Source of the DNA: Salpingoeca rosetta | Lineage: Eukaryota > Protista > Choanoflagellata | Reading direction: 5' to 3' | DNA: 62,992 bases | Assembly: GCA_033442325.1 (NCBI GenBank) | Contig: JAWQFM010000018.1 | Location: 1,285,580 to 1,348,571, forward strand | In this document: piece by piece, positions 15,461-27,803 of the stretch | How the letters are laid out: each line of letters starts with the position of its first letter | Position numbering within the stretch: position 1 is the stretch's first letter | Notes under the pieces: generated by a model | Told to the model about the DNA's origin: nothing | Databases searched by the model: none | The model's input: only the letters and a program-made list of their open reading frames with translations | Program-made: the position numbers and the translations under genes

Positions 15461-15791
15461 CACAACACACACACGCACACACACACAAACACAACCCACA
15501 CACACGCTTGCTCACCCCATCTTTTGTGAAAAAGTGGAAGAGGATGTGCACATACACATCGAGGAGCTCCTGCAGACAGAGAAACACGTGGTGCGAAATG
15601 GGAGGAAGCACATCCATCATCTCCACATATTGCCCTGTACACATGCATGTGCACAGCAGTCACAAAACACGCGCACATGTGAGAGACGTGTCGTGAGCTG
15701 ACACCATCAAAGCCCGTTGTTGGGAGCACACAACAACTCGAATGATTGCCGCACACAACAACTCGAATGATTGCCGCACACAACCATCATC

Positions 15792-15867
<76 letters not shown>

Positions 15868-16615
15868 GCCCGTGTACCCATTGCGCGAACGAGATTGAGG
15901 ACTGTTGGGCAGCAGTGCGGCGGCGGCGGCGGCTTCTTGTTGCCGGCACGCTGATGACGCAAAGCGATCACGGATGAGGTGATGGTGAGGTGAGACGTAA
16001 ATGAAAGCAGATATTGACATCAGGTCAAACTCACAACGTTCTCCCCCACCCGCCTTTCCTTTGTTCACCACGCTCGCGCCTGACTGCATGCGGACTCACC
16101 TGTGCAACTGCAGCACGCTCCTTTGCTGCTGCTGCACCATCACCGTCACTGCCACCGCCACCATGACCACCATCATCATCATCATGCGTCGCCTTTGCGT
16201 CAAATAGGTCTGGGTTGGCCCTGAAGTGTGCGAGTGTCATTGGTTCGGCTGCCTCTTCTTCTGTAAAGCTCTCTCCGCGTTGCAAACCCTGCGGTGGCAG
16301 CGGAACACACGACAACAATCGCACCCACGCGTGATGATGGGAGGTGAGGGTTCCAACAGCACTTGGATGACGTGTGCACGGCACACACACGCACACACGC
16401 ACACAATCATGAGTGTCGGGAATTGTTTGAATGACCATGCATGTAACACTACCAGCAGCAGCACCTGCTGCTGTTGTCTGCCGCGTCGAAGAAATGCAAA
16501 CTCCTTTTCAAAGAAGAAGTTGTAGTCCTGATGACACATCCACGGCGTCACAGTTGAAAGAAAAAGGTTGGACAGGGCAGCCACTGCACGTAAGAATTCC
16601 CAACCAGCAACCGAC

Positions 16616-16666
<51 letters not shown>

Positions 16667-18627
16667 GGCGCATGGGCGCATAGGCACACAGGCACACACA
16701 CACACATAGGCGCATGGGCGCATAGGCACACAGGCACACACACACACACGCACATGCACACACGCACATGCACACCACCATCACCACCTTGTCGACGTGT
16801 GCTGCCTGCCACTCCTCGGCGTTGAACTGGGTGACGAGGTTGTCGATGCTCCGGCAGTGGTGTGTCAGCGCATAGTGTAGCGTCTGCTGCCGAATCGCCC
16901 CGTCCACTGCAGCACGATGATGATGATGATGGTGGTGGTGATGATGATGATGATGGTGGTGGTGGTGAGGTTAAAGTGGTGGTGTGGTGGTTATGTCATA
17001 TGTGAGGCTGTTATCAGGCAGTAAGGTGCATGATACATTGTGTGGTAATTGCTTGCATTCAGGTGGGACATGCAACGGGTGCCGTTCACACGACGTACGG
17101 TGTGTTGCCTCCTCCTGTGCAAAGTCTCGTCCGACCTCCGTGAGCGTGCGCACGTGTCCGAGCACCTGCACATGTCCACATGTGCGACCGTGTGTGGTGG
17201 TCAGCGATAGCGGCAGTGATTTATGGAGAGCGCAGGCAGAGATGACGCGGTTGGCACAAGTCAAACCAGAGCGGCAGCAGCACGACGCACACACGCACAC
17301 TCCCTACGTACATTTACATGTACATACACATCGACAAACACACGCACACACGCACATACCTGTAGGTACTGCTTCATGTTGAGTGTGGACAGATCTGCAC
17401 ACGACAGGAAGATCCCAAACAGCCGTTGGATTTCCTGCACACGCAAGCAACGCACAGAGAGAGAGAGAGAGTGTGTGTGTGTGTGTGTGTGTGAGTGTGT
17501 GTGAGTGAGTGAGTGAGAGGGGGGGGGGTCATAGGCGTACACACAGACACACACATATGCAAACACATACACACATATGCGCACACACACACACAGACAC
17601 ACACATTCCCATACACAAAAGTGGATGAGAACCAAATGCAGCCATTTCACGCAGCTTTACACATTTCGAAACGCCACGAACGCTACCACCGCCACCACAT
17701 CCATTATCGACAAGTCTGATGACAACACTCACCCGCCACAGCTTCTTCCTTGTGTGCGCAAGCTTGATGTGCGTGTACCCCTGCACGGAATACCTGATAC
17801 AAGCACGCCAGACAGGACCACAGGAAATGAGGGTGGGGGTAATGATGACTGTTGGGAGGGGGTCAGCACAACGTACATGGAGACACAAACAAACCAGCAG
17901 TAGACACGCCGTGCGTTTGGCAAACCATCATCACCACAAGCACTATCACCAACACTAGCACGAGCGCGACCACTCACTCGTCTGCGCCTGTTGGCACGGC
18001 GCTGGCCGTTGTTCGGCGGAGGGTCTGCGTACCATCATCACCACTGTCACCACCATCATCAGCACCATTATCGTCATCATTGGTGGTGTTGTGGCCACCA
18101 TCGCTACCATCATCATCGCCACCACCACCACCACGGCTCGCGTCTTGGTCAACAAGCTTGGCGTGGAAGGTGTGGAATTCGTCAAATTCAGCCATGAGCT
18201 GGCATGCTGTTTTGCATAAGCGCAGCAGACACCGCTGGGATTTGGACTTTGGAATCTGCACGCAGAACGAGCGGAACGTTTGTCCGGATGACCCAAAGCC
18301 TGCAGGCAACACACCACCACGCACCGCAAATATCACAGCACGTGAGAACACGAGGCGTTGGTGTGTGCATGTGTGCGTGTGCATGTGCGTGCGTGTGAGT
18401 GTGTGTGTGTGTGTGTGCAAGTGTGTGACGGCATGTGTGAACTACAAGCACATTGTGAACAGGAGGTGAGGGGAAGACCACGAATGTGTTGCCTGCGGGC
18501 ATTCAATAGTACCTGATGCAAATCGAATGACGGCATCACGCATGCGCGTGCTCGCAAATCTCGGGAACAGCGCGCACATGTGTTCAACTGCGGACTTTGG
18601 CTGCCCGAGCGCCATAAACGCATCGGT

Positions 18628-18725
<98 letters not shown>

Positions 18726-20770
18726 CGAGCACACGTGGGCTGGGGGGGGGTGTTCTATGGCATCAATGACAGATCGGCCTGAGCCGACCAGCAAGCATTA
18801 CATCATCGACCCCACCATCACCACCATTGCATGCCACCAGTACATGCCAACACGACCCTCTCCCAATCGCGCCTCCGCACCTTCTTGTACTGGTCGTGGC
18901 TGAAGCCCTCCTTGACAATGGCGTTAATGCGTTCCTCGAGTGTGGTGCATATGAGCGTCTTGCCGTCGCCCAAGTTCGCCGCCAAATCCGTCACGCACGC
19001 GAACCCGTGGCCAAGCTGCACCAGCGAATTGCACTGCTGCCACAGCTGAGGATGCGCGTGGGGGAGGTTGTTGTGAGACGGCGGAGGTGGTATGTGTGTG
19101 TGTGTGGGGGACACACAGACGAGTGTAACATGAACAAACAACACCCTAGTGACACAAACGAACAAGCACACATGCACACACACGCGCACCTCGATGGCAG
19201 AGATGTATTCTTGGTTCTCCAACAGTTCTGAGAGCTTCGTGCTCGCCGTTCGCATGATGCCTGCAGGCAACACAGATCATCACGACAACACAGCAGTGAC
19301 TATGAATGGAATATAGCCACGATCCAAGGGAAGGACGCACAGAAGAAACTATTCAAGTCACTTACTTGTGCAATCCAATTGGCGAACATGTGCACACACA
19401 CACACACGCACACACATCACGCATACACACACACACATCACGCATACACACACATATGCACACACACATGCACACACATCACGCATACACACACATATGC
19501 ACACACACATTACGCATACACACATATGCACACACACACGCACACACATCACGCATACACACACACACACACATCACGCATACACACACACACACAACTA
19601 TGCAGTGCGACTCACTGATGCCCTGCAACAGCTTGAGGAGGTGCAGCATGCGCTTCTTCTTGCGGTGCTTATGCAGGATATGCAGCCCGCACCGCACATC
19701 ATTGTGGGCGCGCTGCAGCTGACGCCGCCCGTTCTTGCACACCACCAGCGTCATTGCTAGCTCTTGCTCAAGCTCCGTCACCCGCTGTGCGCATGTGGAT
19801 GAATGTGTGTGTGTGTGTGTTTGCATGTGTGTGTGTGTGTGCATGTGTGTGCATGTGTGTGTGTGTGTGCGTGTGTGTGTTTGCATGTGTGTGTGTGTGC
19901 ATGTGTGTTTGCATGTGTGTGTGTGCGTGTGTGTTTGCATGTGTGTGAGTGTGGTGGAGTGGAAACATGCATGCATGAGTGAGTGTGAATGTGAATGTGA
20001 ATGTGAATGTGAATGTGAGTGTGAATGTGAGTGTGAGTGGGTATGTGTGCATGTTATGTTGCATGGGAAACCAGCAAGTACCATCACATGGGATCAAACC
20101 CCTGTCATTGCACGCCCTCAATACAGCGCCGCAGTGCAGGGCAAGCAGAATACGCACCGTCAACTCCAACATGAACTCTTTGTGGTGCTGCAAGACAACG
20201 GTCGACAGCTGCTTCGACACCTGTTGGGGTCAAACGATCGTCACGCATTCATGCGTGGGTCAACAGCAAGTCATGCGTGCGTGTGTGTGTGTGTGTGCGT
20301 GGAAACAAAAATGAGTACCATCTCATGCAGGAGGGGCTTACGGCTTGCAGCTCCTGGTACTTTCGTGTTCGGATGGCATCCAATGCTTCAAGCCCTGACG
20401 ACATTGTGATCGCGGTTCGATCGAGCAGCCATTAAAAAGAGGAGTGAGTATGCAGTGGCGTTCGGGCGTTAGGTTTGATTCGCACCAACATGTGTTTGCA
20501 ACGCCACACATGTACACACATGTACACACATGTACACACATGTGCACACATATGTGCACACACACACACCGCTTGTGAGATCTTCTGGAAAGTCGTTGAG
20601 TGTGGCCAGCGTTGCATCAAAGGAGTCGTGATTGTAGTTGGGATCCAGTTCCTTCAAGAGCTATCATGCCGACAGCACATACAGGATGCCCAGGGGAGAG
20701 TGAGGTATCGAGTGCATCAACAACGTTTTTCTTCTGAACGCGTACACCTGTCGACTTTCCTTTTCACTTA

Positions 20771-20832
<62 letters not shown>

Positions 20833-21044
20833 ACGTCGTCTGGAGGAGCAACGTCGCGGATGACTCGGCGTGTGGGGCGGTTCACAGTCGGGGCGACAGA
20901 AGGCTTTTCATCGTCCTCTTTGTGGTCTGAGCTCGTGCCAGGGTGCGCAGCCGCGTCTGTCTTCTGCTCACATACCAAAGCAGCACGGAATGTCAGTGGA
21001 AATGGGTCGGCCAGCAACACACACACGTCTGCAACTACGTGCAT

Positions 21045-21085
<41 letters not shown>

Positions 21086-21251
21086 ACACCACACACACAG
21101 ACACACTCACACACACACACACACACANNNNNNNNNNNNNNNNNNNNNNNNNNNNNNNNNNNNNNNNNNNNNNNNNNNNNNNNNNNNNNNNNNNNNNNNN
21201 NNNNNNNNNNNNNNNNNNNNNNNNNNNAACGACAACGCCGATGAGGGCGGT

Positions 21252-21286
<35 letters not shown>

Positions 21287-21302
21287 TCCGTCGCCGAAAC
21301 AT
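12417..21302 (-). CDS. VPS50: VPS50 / syndetin (EARP complex subunit), ~20 exons, one intron spans a gap
   Basis: Exon peptides [105 protein letters not shown] and [11 protein letters not shown] match syndetin N- and C-terminal conserved blocks. Start MFRRRK/gtgtgt at 21302. Confidence 0.9.
12456..12551. repeat. (TTG)n/(CAA)n microsatellite encoding the VPS50 poly-Gln tail
   Basis: About 32 pure triplet units inside the last VPS50 exon. Confidence 0.85.
21128..21227. other. Assembly gap (100 N)
   Basis: N run. Confidence 0.99.
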
Positions 21303-21471
21303 GATGGCTTTGCTTGTTGTTGTTTGCTTGTGTTTGCTTTGTGGCTGTATCCACTATCTTTTTGAATGTCGCTGTCGTCGCCAATCCAATTCACCACCAC
21401 AGATACAAACAGCACAAGCGCACACACACACACCACCACCACCACACCACCGCACACCACCAGCAGCGACC
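21303..21471. promoter_or_regulatory. Putative bidirectional promoter between VPS50 and BRK1
   Basis: Only 169 bp separate the two divergent start codons; tandem CCAAT (ccaatccaat) near 21381. Confidence 0.5.
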
Positions 21472-21888
21472 ATGGCTGACATGCCCCCCACGCCGCAGAG
21501 CGCGATCCAGGCAGACTGGCAGACGCGCGAGTTTGTGGAGACCATCTCCTCGGGGATTCGCCGCATCACAGAGTTCCTGAACGACTTTGGTATGTTGCGT
21601 GCAGATGCAGAGTGCGTGGTGGTGTGTGTGGTGCTGGGTGTGATCATGTATGTTTGGTGTTGTGGACATGTGATGCTTACTTACTTGCTTGCTTGCTTGC
21701 TTGATGCCTTTGCTTGTTTGCTTACTTTACAATTGGTGTCGTTTGCAATGGCTTGGCTGTTGGATGGGTGGGTGCATGTGCCGTTGCAGACAACTCGACG
21801 CGGTACCGCCTTGCAGTGCTGAACGAGAAGCTTGGTTCGCTGGAACGGTCACTGGAGTTTGTGGAAGCAAAGGTGCGACTGTGTGTGT

Positions 21889-21967
<79 letters not shown>

Positions 21968-22229
21968 CGCTGTTTGTGTGTGTGCACTGTTTTACATTCT
22001 GTTGGTTGTGCGCGTGTGTGTCAGGTGTGTTCATTTGCACAAGCGTCGTAGTGTGTATGCTTCCGCGGTTCCTTTTTGACCTTTGCGTTTGCGTGCTTGA
22101 CCGCTTGTTTGCCGCCCAATGCTCAGCCTCACCCCACTCCTTGTCTTGCCATGCGCTGTTTTGTTTCCATCACACGTGTGGACACACCACACAACCCAGA
22201 TTGACAAGGCCACGAACCGGGACAGCTAA
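21472..22229 (+). CDS. BRK1: BRICK1/HSPC300, WAVE/SCAR complex subunit (3 exons)
   Basis: MADMPPTPQSAIQADWQTREFVETISSGIRRITEFLNDF / DNSTRYRLAVLNEKLGSLERSLEFVEAK / IDKATNRDS*. Typical IQxDWxNRE...LNEKLxxLERxxExxEA pattern. Confidence 0.93.
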
Positions 22230-22717
22230 ACTGCACCCCGTTCAAGCATTGCCCTTTGTGTTTCTTCGTGTTGAGCATCACGCTCATCTGCCTTCATGCC
22301 ATGTTGTATGTTTGCGGCTGTACCGCGCTCATGGCCTGACCCCACACCCCAACCCGTTCCACGTTTCCACCTTCACGCACCCACCTGCACATGCGTACGT
22401 ACTCTTCGTTGTGCTTGTCTGCCTCGCTGTTCGTCTTGTCGACTTTTGTTGTGTGTATGTGTGAGTGTGCGTGTGTGCGTGTCATTGCGTCAATCACGTG
22501 TCTATGTGCGGAGTGCATTCGCATTATTGAACACTATCTTCCACACAGAAGCACGTTGCTCTTCTCATCGCATGTCCGGACAGTGTTAGTTTAAGGAACG
22601 GAAAAGCTGGTTGGGAGGGAACAGAGCACCATCTTGGGCCTCGTTGAACAGATCGCGGCCAAACCACAGGCCACACACACACACACACATGCATACATGA
22701 AAGAGAAAGAAGAGCCG

Positions 22718-22778
<61 letters not shown>

Positions 22779-22849
22779 CGCCATGGCCGCCAGGCAGCAA
22801 CAGGACAACGGGACTGTCAACCCCTGCTAGAGGCAACATCAGCACTCTC

Positions 22850-23898
22850 TCAAGGAGTGCTGACCACGGCGGAGGTGGATGTAGACTCAAACGTGGTGCT
22901 GGTCTGTGAATCCGTGCTTGTGGCGGTGGTTGTGGTGGTGGTTGCCTGGGAGCTGGCTGTTGCGGCGACGGTGGTGGTGGCGCCCGGGAACGGCGGGCAC
23001 ACCTTGCACGCAAAGCGGCGGCGCGTCAAGCAGTCGGCGTCGTTCCACTCCTCGCCGCCGAACCGACGGAAGCCCATTGACACGCAGTCCTCGCCGTTGT
23101 TCAGGTTGTTGGGCTCCCCGTTAGCCCAGTTGGTAAACGCCCACGGCGTGCCGTCTGCCCACAGGAAGTTGCCCGTGGCCAGGTCGCGGTACCCGCCAAT
23201 CCACCGCGGGCGGTCCGTGGCGCCGATGGCATCGAACAGGCTGTCGATGTACGCGTTCTCCTCGATGCTCTCCACTGAGGCGAGGTCGGCGCTGGGGCCG
23301 CCAAGGCGCTTGCACTCCTGCCGCGCATCAAACCAGGACAAGCGCGGCCGCGTGTACACGAGGTAGTAGCAGCCCGTGGCCGGGTTCTGCACGAAGCCGT
23401 TGTCCAGGATGAAGCCGGGCGGAACGAGGTTGACCGAGCTCGTTGTGGTTGTGGTGCTTGTGGGGAACGGGGGCTGGATCGTGGGCTGCGGGGCAAGGCG
23501 CTTGCACACGTAGTTGCGGCGCTGGTTGCAGCGCGCATCGTTCCACAGACCAAAGAAGCCCTGGGTCGTGTGCCCCATGCGGATGCAGTCTTCGTTGGCG
23601 CGGTAGTTGTTGGGCTCGCCAACCATCCACAGCTCAAAGTCGAACGGGGTTCCGTCGACCCACGACCACCCCGATGGCGCGGCTGTATCGCGCTGGCCCC
23701 CGATCCACACCTCCACCCTGCGGTCGTTCCACAGCGAGAAGATGAAGTCGTGCTCCGCCAGCGAATGGATCGAGGCGAGCTGCCCTCCATAGTAGAGCTG
23801 GCACCGTTCCTCGGCAATGCGGAACGACTCCTTCTTGCGCACGTAGCCATACTCGTACACGGACGTTGCAGACGGGCGACGGAAGTCTACAGATAAAA

Positions 23899-23941
<43 letters not shown>

Positions 23942-24344
23942 GTTGTGCAAGTGTGGGTTAGAGAGAAGAGGTGTGATAAGTAAAGGAAGTGTGGTGTCTT
24001 GCGCGTCGTAAAGTTAACCGACGGAGACACAAGCCACACGCAATCAGAGAGTACATTGACTGCGTGCACCACGCACGTACATACAAAGAAGTACACAGGC
24101 ACACAGACACACAGACGCACAGATAGACACAGACACACACAGACACACACACACACACACACACATATGTACACAATGGCACCGAACACAAGATGTGGAA
24201 CGCACCGACAGCCACCTCTGAGGGAGCGCGTGTTGTCGTGGTGCTGGTTGCTGCCGCAGAGGAGGTACTCTGGGCGTAACCGCCACCGAGCAGCAGTGCA
24301 ACCACCGCCAGCGCGAGCACACAGCCGCTTGTTCCTCGCTTCAT
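22850..24344 (-). CDS. Secreted protein with two C-type lectin domains and Ser/Thr-rich linkers (~391 aa, 2 exons)
   Basis: Exon 1 24344-24206 (signal peptide MKRGTSGCVLALAVVALLLGGGYA); exon 2 23886-22850, phase 1. Two CTLDs: LASIHS..WIGG..WMVGEPNN..EDC..WNDARC..YVC and LASVES..WIGG..WANGEPNN..EDC..WNDADC..FAC. Confidence 0.9.
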
Positions 24345-24465
24345 CTTGGCCGCTTGGAACAAAGCCGCTGTAAAGACGAGAATTCACGAATGAAAATACG
24401 TAAATTTCTTTCGTTGTACGCGAAGGCCATTCCAGTGTCTGCTGGGTTGTTTGTTTGTTCCTTTT

Positions 24466-24538
<73 letters not shown>

Positions 24539-24939
24539 GTGTTGATCGACTGCTGCTGGGACATGTGTTCGTGTCTGACATTGTTCCAAGTTGCAATTGC
24601 TCCATGCAGCGATCGTGAAGCGACTCAAAGCAGAATAACAAAGGAAAGAGATGGGCACCCTGAACAAGCAAGGCAGTAACAGAACGCTCAGAAACATGGC
24701 AAAGGGCAAAAACGAAGCAGTGGCAGCTGCCATGCAGATGCAACAAAACAGGCCATTTGTAGAAACGAGCCGAAGTCACGACAGTGTCAATGCCGCAGCA
24801 ATAGCAACAGCAGCAACAGCAACGACGACGGCACACATACAGACGCACACGTCCAGACACACGTACAGGCAAAACACCTATCGCCACACAAACCCCCCCC
24901 CCCACACACACACACACACACACATCGAGCACAAGCGAC

Positions 24940-26631
24940 TCAAAGGGCGGTGTACGGGACCCGGACAGAGTTGTTCACGGAGACGACAACGTATAGGCCG
25001 GCCACATCCGCTGGCGCTGTGACAGCGACGGCCTGCGGGTAGGCGAGCGACGGGGTTGCGCCCTGCGCGCAAAACGACGTGTTTCGAAGCTGCTCGCAGC
25101 TGAGCACGCCCACGGCCTTGTCCCACGTGAAGCCATCCCGGGTGGTGGAGATGACGAGCGGGTAGCGGCGGTGCGGGCACGGGTTTGAGGCGAGGAAGAC
25201 GCGGCCATCAGGAAGGGTGCCCGCGTTGAGGTTGGAGCCTGCGTCCGGCAGCTCAGATATCCAGGGGATGCTCCACTGCACAGTTGTGTTTGGACGGTAC
25301 GTGAACGCCAGGTTGTTGCCCGTGCGGTGCAGGATAACGCCAGCGCTCGAGTGCGGCACGGTGTAATGCGTTTCCTCGCTCGATCCGCCGAGGGAACCAA
25401 GCCGTCCCCTGCTGCCTGCAAATCCACCACCACCACCACCACCACCACCACCACGACGACCACCATCATGCCTGTGGCCACCACCACGACCACCACCACC
25501 AGCAGCAGAAGCAGCAGCAGACGCAGCAGCAGAAGTAGCAGCACTACCATCAGCACGACCATCATCGACGTTGTCGCGGCGAAGAAAGTCGTCACAGCCG
25601 TTGAGGCACATCTCGCACTTGAGCGATGCGCTTCCGTTGGTGTTGCCGCAGGGCAGGTGGTTCCAGTTGTCCAGGAGTGCAAGGTCGGCCTGCGTCTCTG
25701 CATCCATCTGCGCAGAGGTGAGCACGCCGTTGCGCTTCGTTGCCTCCTCAAATCCGAAAGGGACAGTCGGGTTTGCCCAGAAGATGGGCCCCAGCTTGGC
25801 CGGAATCGTGTTGCCCACGCGCCGCAGCAGCAGCACGTATCCTTCGCCCACGTACGGGTATGGGAAGAGGCAGAACTGGTGCGGGCTGGCGGTGGCGTAG
25901 CGCCTGCCGTTGAGGATGACGGTCGGGCCTGCAAAGAGGGCGGCCGGGTTGCTGTTGCTGGACATGTTTGGGAAGAGCACGTTCCTGCCGTCGGTCGGGG
26001 TCCAGGAGAGCCCATCGGTCGACTGCGAGTAGAGGATGCGCTGGCCAGGCGTGTCCTCATGCAAGGGGGAGTTCTTCCACGAGACAAAGAAGTTGCTGTC
26101 GAAGAAGTCGATCATGGCTGCGTGGTTGTACATGCCAATCTCGGGCGTGGCGTGGTAGATGCGGCCGACGGGCGCCAGGGCGGGGCTCAAGGTGGGGAAG
26201 CCGCAGGCCGGGTCGCTCGTGTTTGGTGCTCCAGAGACTGCCCATTTAAGCTGCTTCGGGCTCGGTTCCGGCGGAGAGGGCACGTCGCCACACCTGGCAA
26301 CGGCCGAATCGATGCAGCCGCTGATGATGTGGTCGTTCACGAGGCCCGCCCACGAGGTGAGGTTGCTGTGGTAGCAGACGTGGAACAGCTCGTTGAAGCT
26401 GAACTGCAAGCATGCCTGTTGGTCGCACACGTCCATGCACTCCTGCAAGGAGCTGGCGGACACCTTCCACCCTCGCGGCACGGCATTGAATCCTTCAACC
26501 ACCGTAAACGACCGACCAGCACGGCTGCTTGCCGTGCCAGCCGCAGCCGCAGCGCCAGCCGTGCACGCCAACAGCAAGAGCAAGGCACTAGTCATGCACA
26601 CCGCCACAACCACAGGCGCAGCCAGCGTCAT
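24940..26631 (-). CDS. Secreted PAN/apple + BNR (Asp-box) sialidase-like beta-propeller protein
   Basis: Signal peptide MTLAAPVVVAVC...; PAN-like CMDVCDQQACLQFSF..VCY; Asp-boxes YSQSTDGLSWT and ISTTRDGFTWD; GTLPDGRVFLASNP; C-terminal YPQAV. One open frame, with a possible in-frame intron at 25416-25547. Confidence 0.8.
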   Translation of the reverse strand: MTLAAPVVVAVCMTSALLLLLACTAGAAAAAGTASSRAGRSFTVVEGFNAVPRGWKVSASSLQECMDVCDQQACLQFSFNELFHVCYHSNLTSWAGLVNDHIISGCIDSAVARCGDVPSPPEPSPKQLKWAVSGAPNTSDPACGFPTLSPALAPVGRIYHATPEIGMYNHAAMIDFFDSNFFVSWKNSPLHEDTPGQRILYSQSTDGLSWTPTDGRNVLFPNMSSNSNPAALFAGPTVILNGRRYATASPHQFCLFPYPYVGEGYVLLLRRVGNTIPAKLGPIFWANPTVPFGFEEATKRNGVLTSAQMDAETQADLALLDNWNHLPCGNTNGSASLKCEMCLNGCDDFLRRDNVDDGRADGSAATSAAASAAASAAGGGGRGGGHRHDGGRRGGGGGGGGGGFAGSRGRLGSLGGSSEETHYTVPHSSAGVILHRTGNNLAFTYRPNTTVQWSIPWISELPDAGSNLNAGTLPDGRVFLASNPCPHRRYPLVISTTRDGFTWDKAVGVLSCEQLRNTSFCAQGATPSLAYPQAVAVTAPADVAGLYVVVSVNNSVRVPYTAL

Positions 26632-26791
26632 CTTGGGTGCTGGCCGTGACGAAATGTAGATGAAAATATTCGATAATTTTCGGTAACCGCAGTTTTGGTT
26701 TGTCGTCAACGGACACAAGAGCACAACACAAACAACGGCGTGTTGGAAGAACGCAGGCTGACTGAGCTGAGCAGAGACTGGCACACCAACC

Positions 26792-27771
26792 ATGTGGGTA
26801 CAGATGTGTGCGTGTGCGTGTGCGTGCGTATGCGTGCGTGTGCGTGTGGCTGTATGTGTGCGTGTGTGTGTGTGTGTGTGTGGGTGCGTGTGGCTGTGCG
26901 TATGCGTGCGTGTGGCTGTGTGTGCGTGTGTGAGTGCGGATGAATGTGTGTGTGTGCGTGTGTGTGTGTTCGTGTGTGGTGCTTCTTGAGGATGTGTTCC
27001 GAAATCTGATGTACCACGCATANNNNNNNNNNNNNNNNNNNNNNNNNNNNNNNNNNNNNNNNNNNNNNNNNNNNNNNNNNNNNNNNNNNNNNNNNNNNNN
27101 NNNNNNNNNNNNNNNNNNNNNNACGCACACTCGCCATCACTGTATCGAAAGGTCGAAACGACCAACAACGGGGATGCGCGTGGGCACGTCGTATGGGCGA
27201 GCGGGCACGGCGCGCCTGAAGACTGGGATGCGCACAGGGACAGCACGCCTCGGCACCGGGCGCATGGGAACGGCACGCATGGGCACAGGCCGCCTCGGCA
27301 CGGCGGCGATGGGTGGGGGCATCGGCGGCGCGCTCAACACGCAAGTCACTGTCGGCGAGCGGCCCATGACCCAGCATGGCCTCGGCGGGACTCGGCCAAA
27401 GACACAAGGTAAATGGATGGAAGGGAAGGGTGGAGGGAAGGAAGAACGTTGGTGAGGGATGTGGTTGTGCATGTCGGTGTTTGTACACCTGCACTTGGGT
27501 CTCATGCGTTTGTGGTGCGTTTTCATCAACTCAAAGGCCCTGGCCGCATGGTGATGGACGAGTCTTACTTCCTTGGCGCTCTCAGGTGAGGGAGTGGTGT
27601 GTGTATGTTGTGATTGTGTGTATTGTGATTGTGATTGTGTTTGTGTGTTTGTGTGTTTGTTTGTGTGTGTGTGTGTGTGTGATGGATGTGTGTGTGTGAT
27701 GGATGTGTGTTTTTATGACATGTCCTCTTCAAATGCTCGGTCAAACGTGGCGCATATCAACCACAACACAC

Positions 27772-27803
<32 letters not shown>

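Noticed and set aside
15727-15783. 25-bp tandem duplication (also a 36-bp unit at ~9773-9840, 16-bp x3 at ~40331-40385, 10-bp array at ~36305-36385, 9-bp x3 at ~62101-62130)
   Set aside because: Contiguous slippage repeats with no unique spacers; not CRISPR-like.
22850-24344. Calling the lectin Rosetteless itself
   Set aside because: It has only 2 exons and ~391 aa; Rosetteless is a much larger multi-exon gene.
25327-26649. 440-aa plus-strand ORF
   Set aside because: Antisense shadow of the GC3-rich BNR gene.
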